Shown one piece after another: positions 43,884-55,300 of a stretch of DNA of 64,000 bases. Origin of the DNA: Lama guanicoe (taxonomy: Eukaryota); assembly GCA_013239625.1 (NCBI GenBank), contig MU053574.1, forward strand, positions 62,001-126,000, in the 5' to 3' direction. The position numbers and the translations under genes are program-made. The notes under the pieces were generated by a model. That model was not told the origin of the DNA and made no database searches. It was given only the letters and a program-made list of their open reading frames with translations. Each line of letters opens with the position of its first letter. Position 1 is the first letter of the stretch.

Positions 43884-44541
43884 GGGCCAGAGCCAGCCGG
43901 GAGCCCGGGTTGGCAGCTGCCTGCGGAGGGTCTCTTACCCCTCCTCCTAACCTCTGCCCCTTCCTCCAGGCTGGCTGCACTCCAGGTGGTGTAACTGAGG
44001 CCAGAAGACAGCTGCTGTTTCCAGCCGGGCTCAGGCTTGGCCAAGGTCACGTGCAGACACACACACACGTGCAGGGATGGTCTTTCCTTCCCAGGGCCGG
44101 CTGCTCCCAGGTGCCCTGCTGCCCACAGTGTACCTGTGCAGGTGACTGCCTACCTGGGAGCAGAGGCAGGTGGCACGGGGTGGGGGAGCTGCAAGGGCTG
44201 GGTGCCCAGTGCCCTGCATTCTGACACCGGCACAAGGGCTTCGTTTCAACCTTGGGGAAGTGGGTGTGCTTCCTCCCTGTGCCCTGCCTGCAGCTCAGCA
44301 GATGGGGTTTACAGGGGACTGGGCACGTGACTTCCAGGGCAGAAAGGGCTGGGTGCTGCTGGGTGGCCAATGTGCTGCCCCTCGGTACTGAGGGCGCACT
44401 GGTCATGCAGTTTGAGGTGGGAGGCGGGGACCTGAGCATCAGGAGGCTGTCCTGCCCTGAGTGTGGGGAGACCTCACTGTCACCGGGACAGCCCTGGGAT
44501 GGGAGGACGGGAGGCTCAAGCCCAGCCCTGAGGGCTTCCCG

Positions 44542-44558
44542 AGGAAAAGGAACAGCTG
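44542..44558 (-). promoter_or_regulatory. Candidate PTF1 (PTF1A/RBPJL) bipartite site upstream of CEL
   Basis: Minus strand reads CAGCTG-TTCCT-TTTCCT: E-box plus TC-box about one helical turn apart, about 0.7 kb upstream of CEL. Confidence 0.45.
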
Positions 44559-45302
44559 GGCTTTCTGGCCACAGAAATGGCCTAAGTGAAGACCCTGGGG
44601 CCACAGGCCTGTGACCATCACCAAGACCCACAGGGACCTACAGATAGACACCTGTCTGCCAGTCTACCTGTTACTGTTTCCAGCGCCCACATCTGTTGTG
44701 ATGCAGAGTGGATAGAGAGAGGGCAGGAAAGGTAGGGAAGGGGGGGTGGCTTCTGGTAGGAGGGAGAAGTCAGGACGCTGGGAAAAAGGGGGCCTGCCGG
44801 ATGGGCACGGCTTCAGCTGGCGGGTGTGGGGACTGGGGCACAAAGGATTCGAGGGGTGCTGTCAGTGACGAGGAAGCACTCCTGCTGACTCACGGCTCTG
44901 CCCAGCTCCTCCAGTTCTGAGCGTCTGCTCTGAAGGAAGTGATTCTGACTGTGGGGGAGGGGGCCCTGTGTGCAGTTTTCTTTACAGTAAAGGAGGAAAG
45001 GAAGGAGGTGGGTGGGGGGCTGGAGGGGAGGCAGGGGAGAGGGTTTTTTCCTGAATCTCAATAATAGGAGGTGGCTACTTCTTTATAGAACAGCAAGGGC
45101 CCACCAGGTCCTGCACAGAGCAGGGGATTAGCAAACACCTGAGGAGCGCGTCCCGAAAGGCCCGGAAGAGCCTAGCAGGAAGGCTCACGGCTGGGCTCCT
45201 GGCTGCGTCTGCCCAGTGCGTCCACTGGTTGGCCCTGCTTTAGAGATCTGACTTTTGGGATGTTAATCTCAGCCAGGAAAGCTTTGGCCGACGTCTGAGG
45301 CC

Positions 45303-45744
45303 TGACAAAGACTCTTTCCTTGACCAAACTCTACTCAGGCTCTCCGGACTCTTTTCCAGCTCTGCATTGTCCAGTTTTAGCAAGAATCTTGCCAGTTTGG
45401 TTTAACCAGTATCCCCCACCATCCATACCTGAGCCCCTGCAATGTCTGATTGGGTTCCCCGCCCTCCGCCGTCCCCCAGGTGCTTCTGACCACCCTGGCC
45501 TGCCGTCAGCAAGAATCCCGCTAGGTCAGTCTCGCCAGAAGCCCCCTCACCCGTGATGCTCCCTCCCAGTAAGTTTCCATCCACGGACTCACCCTGCTCT
45601 GTGGCTATGAACTCCCACTTGCCCGTGCTGTATTTGGACTTGAGCTCTGCTCTGTGCTGAAGTCTCTCTCCCCTTATTGCAATAATCCTGAATAAACTGT
45701 TCTTACTGCTTTAACTACTGCCCAGCTCTGGGTTTCCTCTTACA
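45303..45744 (+). mobile_element. ERV1 solo LTR (MER31/MER67-like)
   Basis: TG...CA ends; begins TGACAAAGACTCTTTCCTTGACCAAACT; repeated AGCAAGAATC; AATAAA at 45691. Confidence 0.75.
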
Positions 45745-46499
45745 GATCTCCTTCAAACCCTGGGACCCCAGCCCAGCGGAGGGGTGGTCTGTGTGCCTCG
45801 GCCACCTCGGTCCCCCGGGCGTGGACGGTGTGGCATTTGCTGCGCTGTGGCTTCGCTGCTGCTGTTCCTCTCTCAGGCAATCTTCTGACTCCCTGGTTCT
45901 CACAAAAGAAACCTGGGAAAATCAGACAAAACTAGTCGTGGCTGTGACATTTCAGCTGCACTGTGGTAACGTGGTGGAGAAAATTTAATCCAAACATCCG
46001 AACCGGGAGCTTTGAGTCCTGGTCTGCGGACCTGTGAGGAAGTTTCAGGACAGATCATGGGGGCCTCAATGCCCCTGGAACTGGATGCCCGTGTGTGTGG
46101 GTAGGCATGTTTTTCTTCAGAGAAATGCTACGGTTATCACTGGATGCTTGGAGCATCTATGACCTTCCAAAAAGTCTAGGCTGGAATGACCAACGTTCTG
46201 AATTGATATAATTGACAAAACAGAAAACTAACCCAATTGATTTAATGGCACATGGACCTTAGGCAAATACATTTTGAAAATGTTTCTTTCTGGGCTGGAG
46301 CATTTTCTACGAAAGGCAAATGCACCTGTGTCAACGTCATCCAAGGCAGACGCTGCAAATCAGAGACGCACTCGATAGCTGTGTGACCCGAACCGGTGTC
46401 TTTACCTCTCTGAACTTCCTCACTGATACCTTTGTTCAGGGAGACTACCTATGACAGGTTCATAGCACAATTAATATCAGGGTCTACGAATTTTACTAT

Positions 46500-47700
46500 T
46501 TACAAGGTGCTCAAAAGGAACATTTAAAATTTGTTTTCAGGCAGAGAACATCCACTTTAGGTCATTTATCAGGAGATGTTCTAGCCTCCGTGAAAACAGT
46601 TCCTTCCAGTGACTTGGAGGCAGGACTGTATGTCCAAGCAGGATTTATCCTAAGGAAAAAGAAAGGGCAAAGCAATCCTAAATGATCTCCAGGGGTCTTA
46701 TTATTTTTTATCATGTATTGCTTTATATAGTTTATCATTTGTTTAAATAATCGTATACTTGGTGATTTATTATACGATCTATTATACTGGTAGGAGAAAA
46801 AGTAATTATGCTAGTGGTATAAGATTTTTAGCATCGGTGGAAAAAGAAACAAGTATTTCAATTGGGAAATATCTGCATGAACTCATAATTTATAATTTAT
46901 TTTTATAACAAATTATTTTATTTTTTCTTTGAAATAAAAAAAATGCCTGTTTCTTAGCGCTGTGTAGTCCAAAGCCCTAGAGGTAAAGGAAACCCAGGAG
47001 CAAAGAGCCCCCGCTGCTGCCCAGATTGGGGTCTCTAAACACCACTTCCACACCAAGGAAAGGGGCCCCCTGGGGGGCAACTAGGCTGGGTCTGAGACAG
47101 GAGACGCAGTGGGGGAGGCTGGGCCATCACGGTGGCCAGAAGCAGGAAGGCTGGGAACACCAGAGGGTGTGTCGAAGGACAGGGAGCCAACCTGGGGCTG
47201 CTCTCAGGCCAGAGGTGAGATACACTGGGCATCAAAAAGCAAGACCGAGATTGACTGAAACAAACCTGAGTTCATTATGAAGCTAAAAAGTGTCCCCCTG
47301 GTCACCACTGGCCACGTTACAGCACCGTAAACAAGGCCAGGGGATGAGGGTGACACCACCTGGCCCTGCCGGCAACGCTCATGTCACTAAAGGGACCCAG
47401 CACACGCCCGTGCCTCCCAGGCTGACGGGCGCGTTCGAGCTGAACTGCTGTTTATTAGGTGTGATTGCAGCATTATTGTGTTTTTTAAACAAAAAGTCCT
47501 GATGTGTTAGAGATGCACGTTTTCCTGAGAACGGTTCCAGCAAAGCACGAGGGTGGAACAAAGGTAAAGCCACGGGGGAGGCACGCGGCAAGCTCGGCAG
47601 CAGGTAACTGGCGAAGCCCCAGGGTGAGTGGCTGGGGGCTCAGCAGTAAGTTAGCACTTCTGTGTCTACCTGCAATTTTCCCTTAAAATGTTCTAAGGGA
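46500..47700 (+). mobile_element. Ancient L1 (L1MC-like) 3' region remnant
   Basis: AT-rich block; GGTCTCTAAACACCACTTCCACACCAAGGAA resembles recalled L1MC 3' UTR. Confidence 0.5.
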
Positions 47701-48693
47701 GGGGGTGTAGGCACTTAGGTTTCTACGTGGGGACCCACTTCACACTCTGTAAGAACGTGGGCAGACCTCGGGTGGCCCCTCCAGGTTGGCACAGAGAAGG
47801 CGCACTCCGGGTAAGGGAGGGCTTGGCTGCAGAGGGAGTGTCCCTGTCCCAGGAAAGCCCTTCTCAGGTTTGCGTAGGGACCACAGCGGCTTCCGGGAGA
47901 GGGGACCAGAACCTAGACGCTCTCCCTCTGAGGCTCGAGGTCAGTGGCACGGCTCAGGGAAGGTGGACTGCCCCAGCTGAGATCCACCAGCAGAGACCAG
48001 CGGCCTCTGAGGGAAACGATGACAGAGGTGAGGGACTGGGGAGCAGCTGGGTATGCCCTGTCCCCAGCAGCAGGGAGCAGCACATGGAGGGGGGCTGACT
48101 ATAGAAGGTAGGTTCCCAGGACCGGCCACTTCAGGCCAACTGTGAGCCACTGGGATCTGTCGTGGGAGGGCTTCCCAGGAGCCTGATGGGCAGGATGGGG
48201 CGTCCACTGACTTTGGAACCTGTGGTCACATGAGGTGGCCCAGTCTGTTGGCTGAGGAAGGGAGTGATGGGTTCATCTTTGGCTCTGGCTGCCCTGCAGG
48301 ACTGCGAGCACCTGCCCAGCAGGGGGAGGGGAGCGCTCCCCCAGGAAGGGTGGCTCAGCCCACCAGGGACCCGTGTGGCCTCTGGTTTCACACTGGGCAG
48401 CTGAAGAAGACAGGTCTGTTTCCCAGGAACCTCTCAAGAACACATCCACCTGGAACAGGAAGGGATGAGCATGCGGCTGTCGGACACTGCAAGGCTGGAG
48501 TTCCTTCTGGCTGCTCTCACCTGGCCTAGCAGGCCTGTTCTCAGTCATCCCAGTGTCACCCAGCATGAGGTCACTGAATGAACAACTGAAGGAACCAATG
48601 ATGTCTGGCCGGAGCCCAAGCCCCAAGGCAAGAGGACACCCCCTCTGGCTCCAACACCCGCACTGAGACACCAAGACTCCTTGGGAAAACGTA

Positions 48694-48699
48694 TTTAAT
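48694..48699 (-). terminator. Probable GTF3C5 polyadenylation signal (ATTAAA)
   Basis: TTTAAT on + strand about 510 nt after the stop codon. Confidence 0.6.
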
Positions 48700-49205
48700 G
48701 ACAGTTCCCGCTGGGCCTGCCCTCTGTCAGGCTACACCAAATGGATGGGGTCTGAATCCAAGGAGGCTCTTTGGTCACCTGTGGCCGTGGACCAGGCTTC
48801 CAGCCCCATCCGTACTTGCCTTCGGTCGTGAGGCCCAGCCAAAACCAGCCCCTGCCCTACCGCACCATCTCCACCTCCAGCTCCAGCTGGTCTCAGCCAG
48901 AGGGAGGTGCTGGGCGCCGGCTCAGCCCACTGGACACTGGGCTGGCTCGGGGCTGTGAGAAGCCAGGGCGCCACCTTCGCGGATGTCCCCAAGCACCCAG
49001 GGCCAGCGGGCAGCCGTGAGCAGCAGGTCCCAGGAAGGACAAGGTTAGCTGCCCCCGCCTGCTGGGATCCCAGCTTTCCTCAGAGGGGCCGCCGTTCCAG
49101 CCCCCGCAGGCAGCGTGGGGAGCCCGGGCTCGTCCTGGCCCCCTCATCAGGTCAGACACAACTCTGGCCTGGTCGGGGAGGCCCACCCTCGGGCCCAGGG
49201 CTGCA

Positions 49206-49363
49206 TCACACGTAGTCCAGAATCTCTGTCTCCATCTCATTCTCACTCCCCTCCGACGGCTTGAAGTCCTCCTCCTCCTCCTCCTCATCCTCCTCCTCTT
49301 CCCCAGATTCGCCGGTCAGCTGCTCCTTCCCGCCGTCAGCCTTGGTCGGGCTGGAGAACAGAG
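49206..49363 (-). CDS. GTF3C5: GTF3C5 exon 11 (acidic C-terminal tail)
   Basis: LFSSPTKADGGKEQLTGESGEEEEDEEEEEEDFKPSEGSENEMETEILDYV*. Confidence 0.95.
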
Positions 49364-52300
49364 CTGGCGCCAAAAGACAAAGCCATGTCTCCCAACGTAG
49401 GCTCCTGGGTGGCCCCCAGACCAGTCTCACCAGAGCCAGCCCCGCCCCCAGGCAGGCTCCTGAGCGCCTGTCTAGTTACGGGCATCTGAATTCGATCTAT
49501 GCAGAAGCTGCTTTGGGGAGCACGGCCGTCTGGGGGACCTGGGACCCTGCAGTCTAACAAGCACTTCAGGGGACACTGGAGCCAGTGGCTTTGAAAATCA
49601 CCTCCTGAAGGAGCCTTGGGTGGCTGCACGGGCCCAGTGGACTCCCCGGGTGTGCACGGGATGCCGTGGGAGGCCTTTTATGGACCAGACTCTCGGGGGA
49701 CTGCGTCCTAAAGGAGGCTGAGACCCCTGCTCCCGTCAGCTCCGTGGGGGTTGATGGGTCTGGGACCGCCCCCTGCCCGAGCCTAGGCGGGACCCTGAGA
49801 GGGGCCCTTTTGCCTACCCTCCCCCTGCCCCATCAGGCGCACAGCCCAGCGAGGGCTCACTCCCCTTCCTCACACCCGGGGAGGGGCAGGCAGCGCAGGG
49901 CAACAGGACTCAGGCTCCCAGGGGAAGGACAGGTGCCCCGTGCCCACATATGGCCAGAGGATATCGGGTGTGGGGGCGGCCCTGGCTGGCAGCGCCCTGT
50001 TCCAGCCCCACCTGGGGCCACGAGGGACACTTGCTCCATCCCGAGTGGGGCCCAAGGGACGGGGGGCGTCCCACCACCCCGAGCGGCTCTCACCAGGCCT
50101 CTTGGAGCGGATGGTCTGGCGGATCATGAGGGACATGGCGTCCCGCAGGTCGTCACTGGTCTTGGGGAGGCACCAGCCATCCCGCTCCGTGCAGGAGTTC
50201 TCAGCCCCGTCATTGCGGCAAATGATCTTCTGCAACCTGGGGGCAGGACACCCAGTCCCAGGGCGGGGCCTCTGCTCACAGGGGCCAGTGAGGGTTGTGG
50301 CAGAGGTAGGGTCATGCTTAGAGGGCCCGCTCGGGGGGTGAGTATGGTCAGGAAGCACGCCTGTGAAAGTGGCACATCCCCCGCCGGGGCCCTTGGACAG
50401 GGGGTCCCTGACCCCCACATGGCACACAAAGCGGGCGCGTGCCCACGTCTCTGGTGAGAGTTCAGAGCTCCCACCAGATTCCAGGCTGTGTTTAACCTGC
50501 TCTCATCCCTACCCACTCCCAGCATCCCATCCCCAGTTTTTAAACATCACTGAGAACAACTGGACTAAAGGTTCCTGGAATTCCGGCCAGCCCTGGGGAC
50601 TGGGAACCCCCACGTGGGAGACAGAGGAGGAGAGCAGAGACCACAGCCCAGCACCGCCTGCGGTGCACACAGGACACCCTGGCACCCTGGACCCGCTCCG
50701 GGGGCCGCACGCCCTGGCAGAGGGATCTCCCGGCGGCCTTAACTCCCAGGCAGTCAGCCTTCTCGCTGAGACGACGGCTGACGCGAAACGGAAGAGCCAC
50801 AGGAAGCGTTCTGGTCCCCGGGCAGTTCCTCTTCCCTGACCCGCGCCCCACGGTCCCTCCTGGGCGTGGCAGGCGCCTCGGGACGTACTCGTCCACGTGC
50901 AAGTCGCATAACTGGTAGAACATCTGTCGATAGGGCGGCAGGGCCCCCTCCCGGAAGACGTAGACCGAGTCCTGGGAAAGGAGCGGAGACACGGGAAGGT
51001 GCTGGGGACCTCCTCGCCCCCACGAGGTGGCTCCCAGTCCTAGTCCCAGGCTCCAGCAGGCCCGGCTTGCCTCCTCGGATTCAGGCGGGGCGGTCAGGCC
51101 AAAGGCCGGGAGCAGGCGTGGGGAAAACAAGCTCTGACCCCCAGGGGTCGTCGAGGGGTGGCCCACGGCCCCCGGAACCACGAGCCGGCCAGCCACTCAC
51201 GGTTGGCGGGTGTCCCTCCAGCCTGAGGCCAGGCTCTGCCTCCAGGCCTTCCTGTAAAGCCAGCCCTCCTCACTGCCCGCCAACTTCTACTAATTGGTCA
51301 TCTTACATGGCCCTGTGTGTCCACCCCTGAGACACGAAGCGGGCTTTACTGCTTGCTTTCTTCCTTCCCCACCTAGGCACCAAGTCCCAGAGGTGGGGAT
51401 AGTGGCCTAAAACGAGAGTCCTTGAGGAGTACGGTCGCTCAGGTGAGGATCCAGCCGGCTGCACTGAGGAGAGAGAGGGCACAAGACGCCGCCCCGCCCC
51501 CTCTACGAGGCAGGTGGTTCCAGGGCGGGGGACGTGCCCTGCCCGGCCTCCCCCGACCCCTGCCCTGGACCAGAGCAGCTCAGGCCAGCCCAAGCATGGC
51601 AGAGGCCTTTGGAAATCGCCACCTCTGCTGGGCCATTGTGTCAACGAAAGCATGAGCCCGTGAGGGTGGGGCCCTGGGCCCGTAAACTCCACCCCCTGGA
51701 CCCAGCTCACAGCCCAGGTTCAGATGGTCTGTTCGGGCTTCACGCTCCCGGTGCCCGATTCTGACCAGCCCTGCAGCAGCCACATAGTACCTCAGGGCCT
51801 GGCTCACGGAGGGCACCATTTGGGGCTGTTGATGTCAAAGATCCCTCCCCGAGACCCGCCCAGGTGGTCCATAACCCCCACTGCCCTGGGTGGTTCACAC
51901 CGAGTTCTGACTCTGTTTTTGGAGGCTGTCCTGGAAGCTGGGAGTTGTGCAAAGGCACTGAGAGGGCAGAGCCACCTCCGTCAGGGCTCCTCCCGCCGTC
52001 ACACATGGGGCCTGGAGAGCGCGCTGTGGGTGCCTGGCCTGCCCGGGCAGAAGCCGCCTCTCCCTGTCCCCTTCACTGTCACCCAGCAGCCAGCTCAGGG
52101 ACACCCACCTTGAGCTTGTACTTGTTGGAGGTCAACTTCCGTGTACTGGGTGTCCCCGAGGGACCCAGGCCCTGCTTGAGGTCGTGCATGGTGACAAGCT
52201 GGCTGGCTGCGAGGGGACAACAGCAGTGGTTTGGAATATACGGGGTGTTTCTCCCCAGCCCCCCGCCCTGCCCTCCTGCCGCCCACCCCCTCCCTAGGGA

Positions 52301-55300
52301 GCAGGGCGAGCCTCGGGCACTCACGCGTCTTTTTGACGGTGATGGGGAGGCTGTAGTTGTAGGCGCTGCGCTTGGCTTTGACAGGCATGTCGCTGGAGGC
52401 GTAGCCTGATGGAGAGGGAGGCGCGTCAGGCGGGTGGGCGCGCCGCCCCCTCTGTCAAACAGCACTGGTCTGCACTACAGACGCACGCGGGTGTCCCGGG
52501 GGCGGTTCCTGAGAGGGGGACTCCAGGCCCCCCGCATTCTGGAGCTCTATGTGCCAGGGGCCCAGGGCAGGCTGGACACTGGACACTCACTGGAGGCCCG
52601 GCCCGCACCGCAGAAGCCACAAGTAACCGGAATACCCGAATGGGGACTGCGGTTCAGCCGCCAGAGGGTCCACGCTGGAGCCAGGACTCGAGCTCTGGTC
52701 CTCATCCCTATGCTATTCTGCCCACAACAGTCTCACCAAAGGGGAAAGGCTTTTCATCCTCTCCATATGGATATACTCTCATTGCAGAAGAAAATGCTAG
52801 ACACAGAAAGATACGAAGAGAGAAAGACAGGGAGCAAAGGCACTAGTCACGTTTACCGTATTTTATGCCACAGCGGATCCGGAAGTCAAGGACTTGATAG
52901 ATCTTGGCGCCTGGGTGTTTTCGGGGGTCGTACCCATATCGAATCCACAGGCTTCTCCAGGGGCCAGTGATCTGGAGACAGAAAGGGTGGGAGTGCGAGT
53001 GGGGCCGATCCCCGGCCCCCCAGAGACGCGGGCCACAGTGGTGCATCCAGGTGGGGCAGCGGGACAGTCCAAGAGGTGAGGACGCGGCTCTGGAACCCCA
53101 CCCCAGCTCGGCCAAGTATGGCTCCATCACCTCGGGTAGGTCCCTTGGCCTTTTCAAGGCATGGTCCACCTGTCAGATGGTGTTTTTGTGCGGATTAAAT
53201 GAGATGCTGCCCCGGAGCCCTCACCACAGGGCTGGGCAGAGAGCAAGAGCTCAAAAAATGTCATTAGTGTACTGATGGACGGACGTAAGGTCCCGGAACA
53301 GTACTCCCGAAGCCCTTGTCTAGGAAGCCAACACTGAACGGCAGATGGCGGCTCTGAGCACAGGAGGGAGGTGTCCTCGTGCACCCCACCCCCGCCATCA
53401 CTGTCACGGTCATGTCTTGCACTTGCCCCCCCAGTGCTCCACATGGGACCCTTGGGGATGGTGGGGACCACACGGGGCTCCTCCTCATAGCACCTGTGGG
53501 AATCTCCATGCCCTCCAGGACCGAGTCCACGGTGCACCTGCCCCACTGAACCCCACTCAACCCAGGCAGACTGAGTGAAGGCGGAGTGGCACCGACGTCA
53601 GGGGCTCAGGCTCTGCAGCCACACAGGCCGGGGCCCCCGGGCGGCTCAGCCACTTGCTGGCCGCAGGACCCTGACACATCGAGTCACTGCCCTGAGCCAG
53701 GCTTCTCCATCCCCGCCGGAGGAAGACAGGACAGGAAACACACAGCACTCAGCCCAGTGCCTGGTCCTTAGAAAGTCCTTAATACAAAGTCACTTAAAAC
53801 ATACAATTCCTTCACTTACAAGTCATGCGACCACTCCTCAATGCCACAATCCCAGGACGGCCAGGCGTGCTACCGAGGAGGCCTCTGTAGGGGCTGCAAC
53901 AAGCCCGTGCGGCTGGGACAGGGCCGCCTGCTCTTGCTGCGACTCTGAGCGGTCACATCAGGGACCAGAACCCCAGGGGGAGCCAAGGTGGGTGGTGGGC
54001 GGACACTCACCATGTAATAGGCCATGAAGGGCAGCAAGACCTTGAGCTTGTCAGGGTGGACGCTGATGTTGGCCTTGACGGCGTTACGTGACCAGATGGG
54101 TCGGATTTCAAACAGCTGGGGGTCAAGGCAGGGGCTGAGATGAGCACAAGCAGCCTCTGGCCCGCCTGCCCCAGGCTCCCTGCGTGGTCTGGCCCCCAGA
54201 GGGCCTTCCGCGAGGAGGCAGCAGAGAGCAGGGGCTGAGCGCTTAGCACCTCCCTCAGAAGCGTGTGCTGTGCGCCCAGCACGTTTCAAGTGCAGTTGCA
54301 GGGCCTGAGGGTCCTGAAATGACCTTGAGGGACACCGTCCCTGTCCTCGTGCAGCTCAAAGGGCAGCCGGGGAGGCAGACAACCCAGAACAGGGCCATGA
54401 GGGGGACATGCCAGAGCTCAGGGATCCTGAGCGGCACCAGCCTAGAGGGCAGAGGCCTGAGCTGGGACGCCATGGAGGCCGCAGGGGACGGCCCAGCCTA
54501 GGGGAGGGCTGCCAAAGGCTGGGGTCTGGACCACAAAGGGCCAGGGTGGGAAGGACCCTGAGCAGGTGGGGGATTGGGCTGTGACCAGAGGACAATGAGG
54601 GGCCTCGGAGAGTGGCCCCCATCACCCACCGACCTAATGACTGCTAGAAACACAACAAAGTGTCCACACAGTCTCTTTAAGAAATGACACCGCCTTGTCC
54701 CACCCCTGCCAGGGTTAGTCAACTTCAACAGGGGAAGAGGCATCAGCCAGCAGTGATGTGGCCTGAGACCTGCTGTCCCCACCTGTGGGGACGCAAGGAA
54801 CAGAGGCCCCTGGACTGTGTCTTCTAGAACCTGAGAGCCAGTGGGCAAGGTGGAAGGCTGCCTCCTCCCAGGGCCGCACGTCCACTCGGACTCTAAGGCA
54901 GGGGAAGCGCCGGGCCTGGCGCGCAGCAGGTGCCCTGTCTGGTATGTTGCAACCAGCGACTGGATGAATAAAAGCTTCCGGGTCTCAGAGCGCATCCTGA
55001 AGTCACATCTGGACAAGGTTTACCCACCCCAAAGAGACCCTTAAGAGTTCTAAGAAGCACTTTCAACCTTGGGGAGGCAGGGCTTAATACTGGCATCACT
55101 TCAGACGTGACAGGAGGTGCACAGTTCCCATGTGTTGATGCCTGAGTTTAAAGAAAGGGCAGTGCAGCAGAGTGAGAGCAGAACCACACCGAGGCGCCGG
55201 CTGGGAAACTGGAGGGGCCCGCGCAGGGGGGCGGGGCGGGGGCGGGGCGCACCTTCCGCAGCTCCTCCTCCACCTTCCGGTCGATGGGGTTGGTGCAGAC

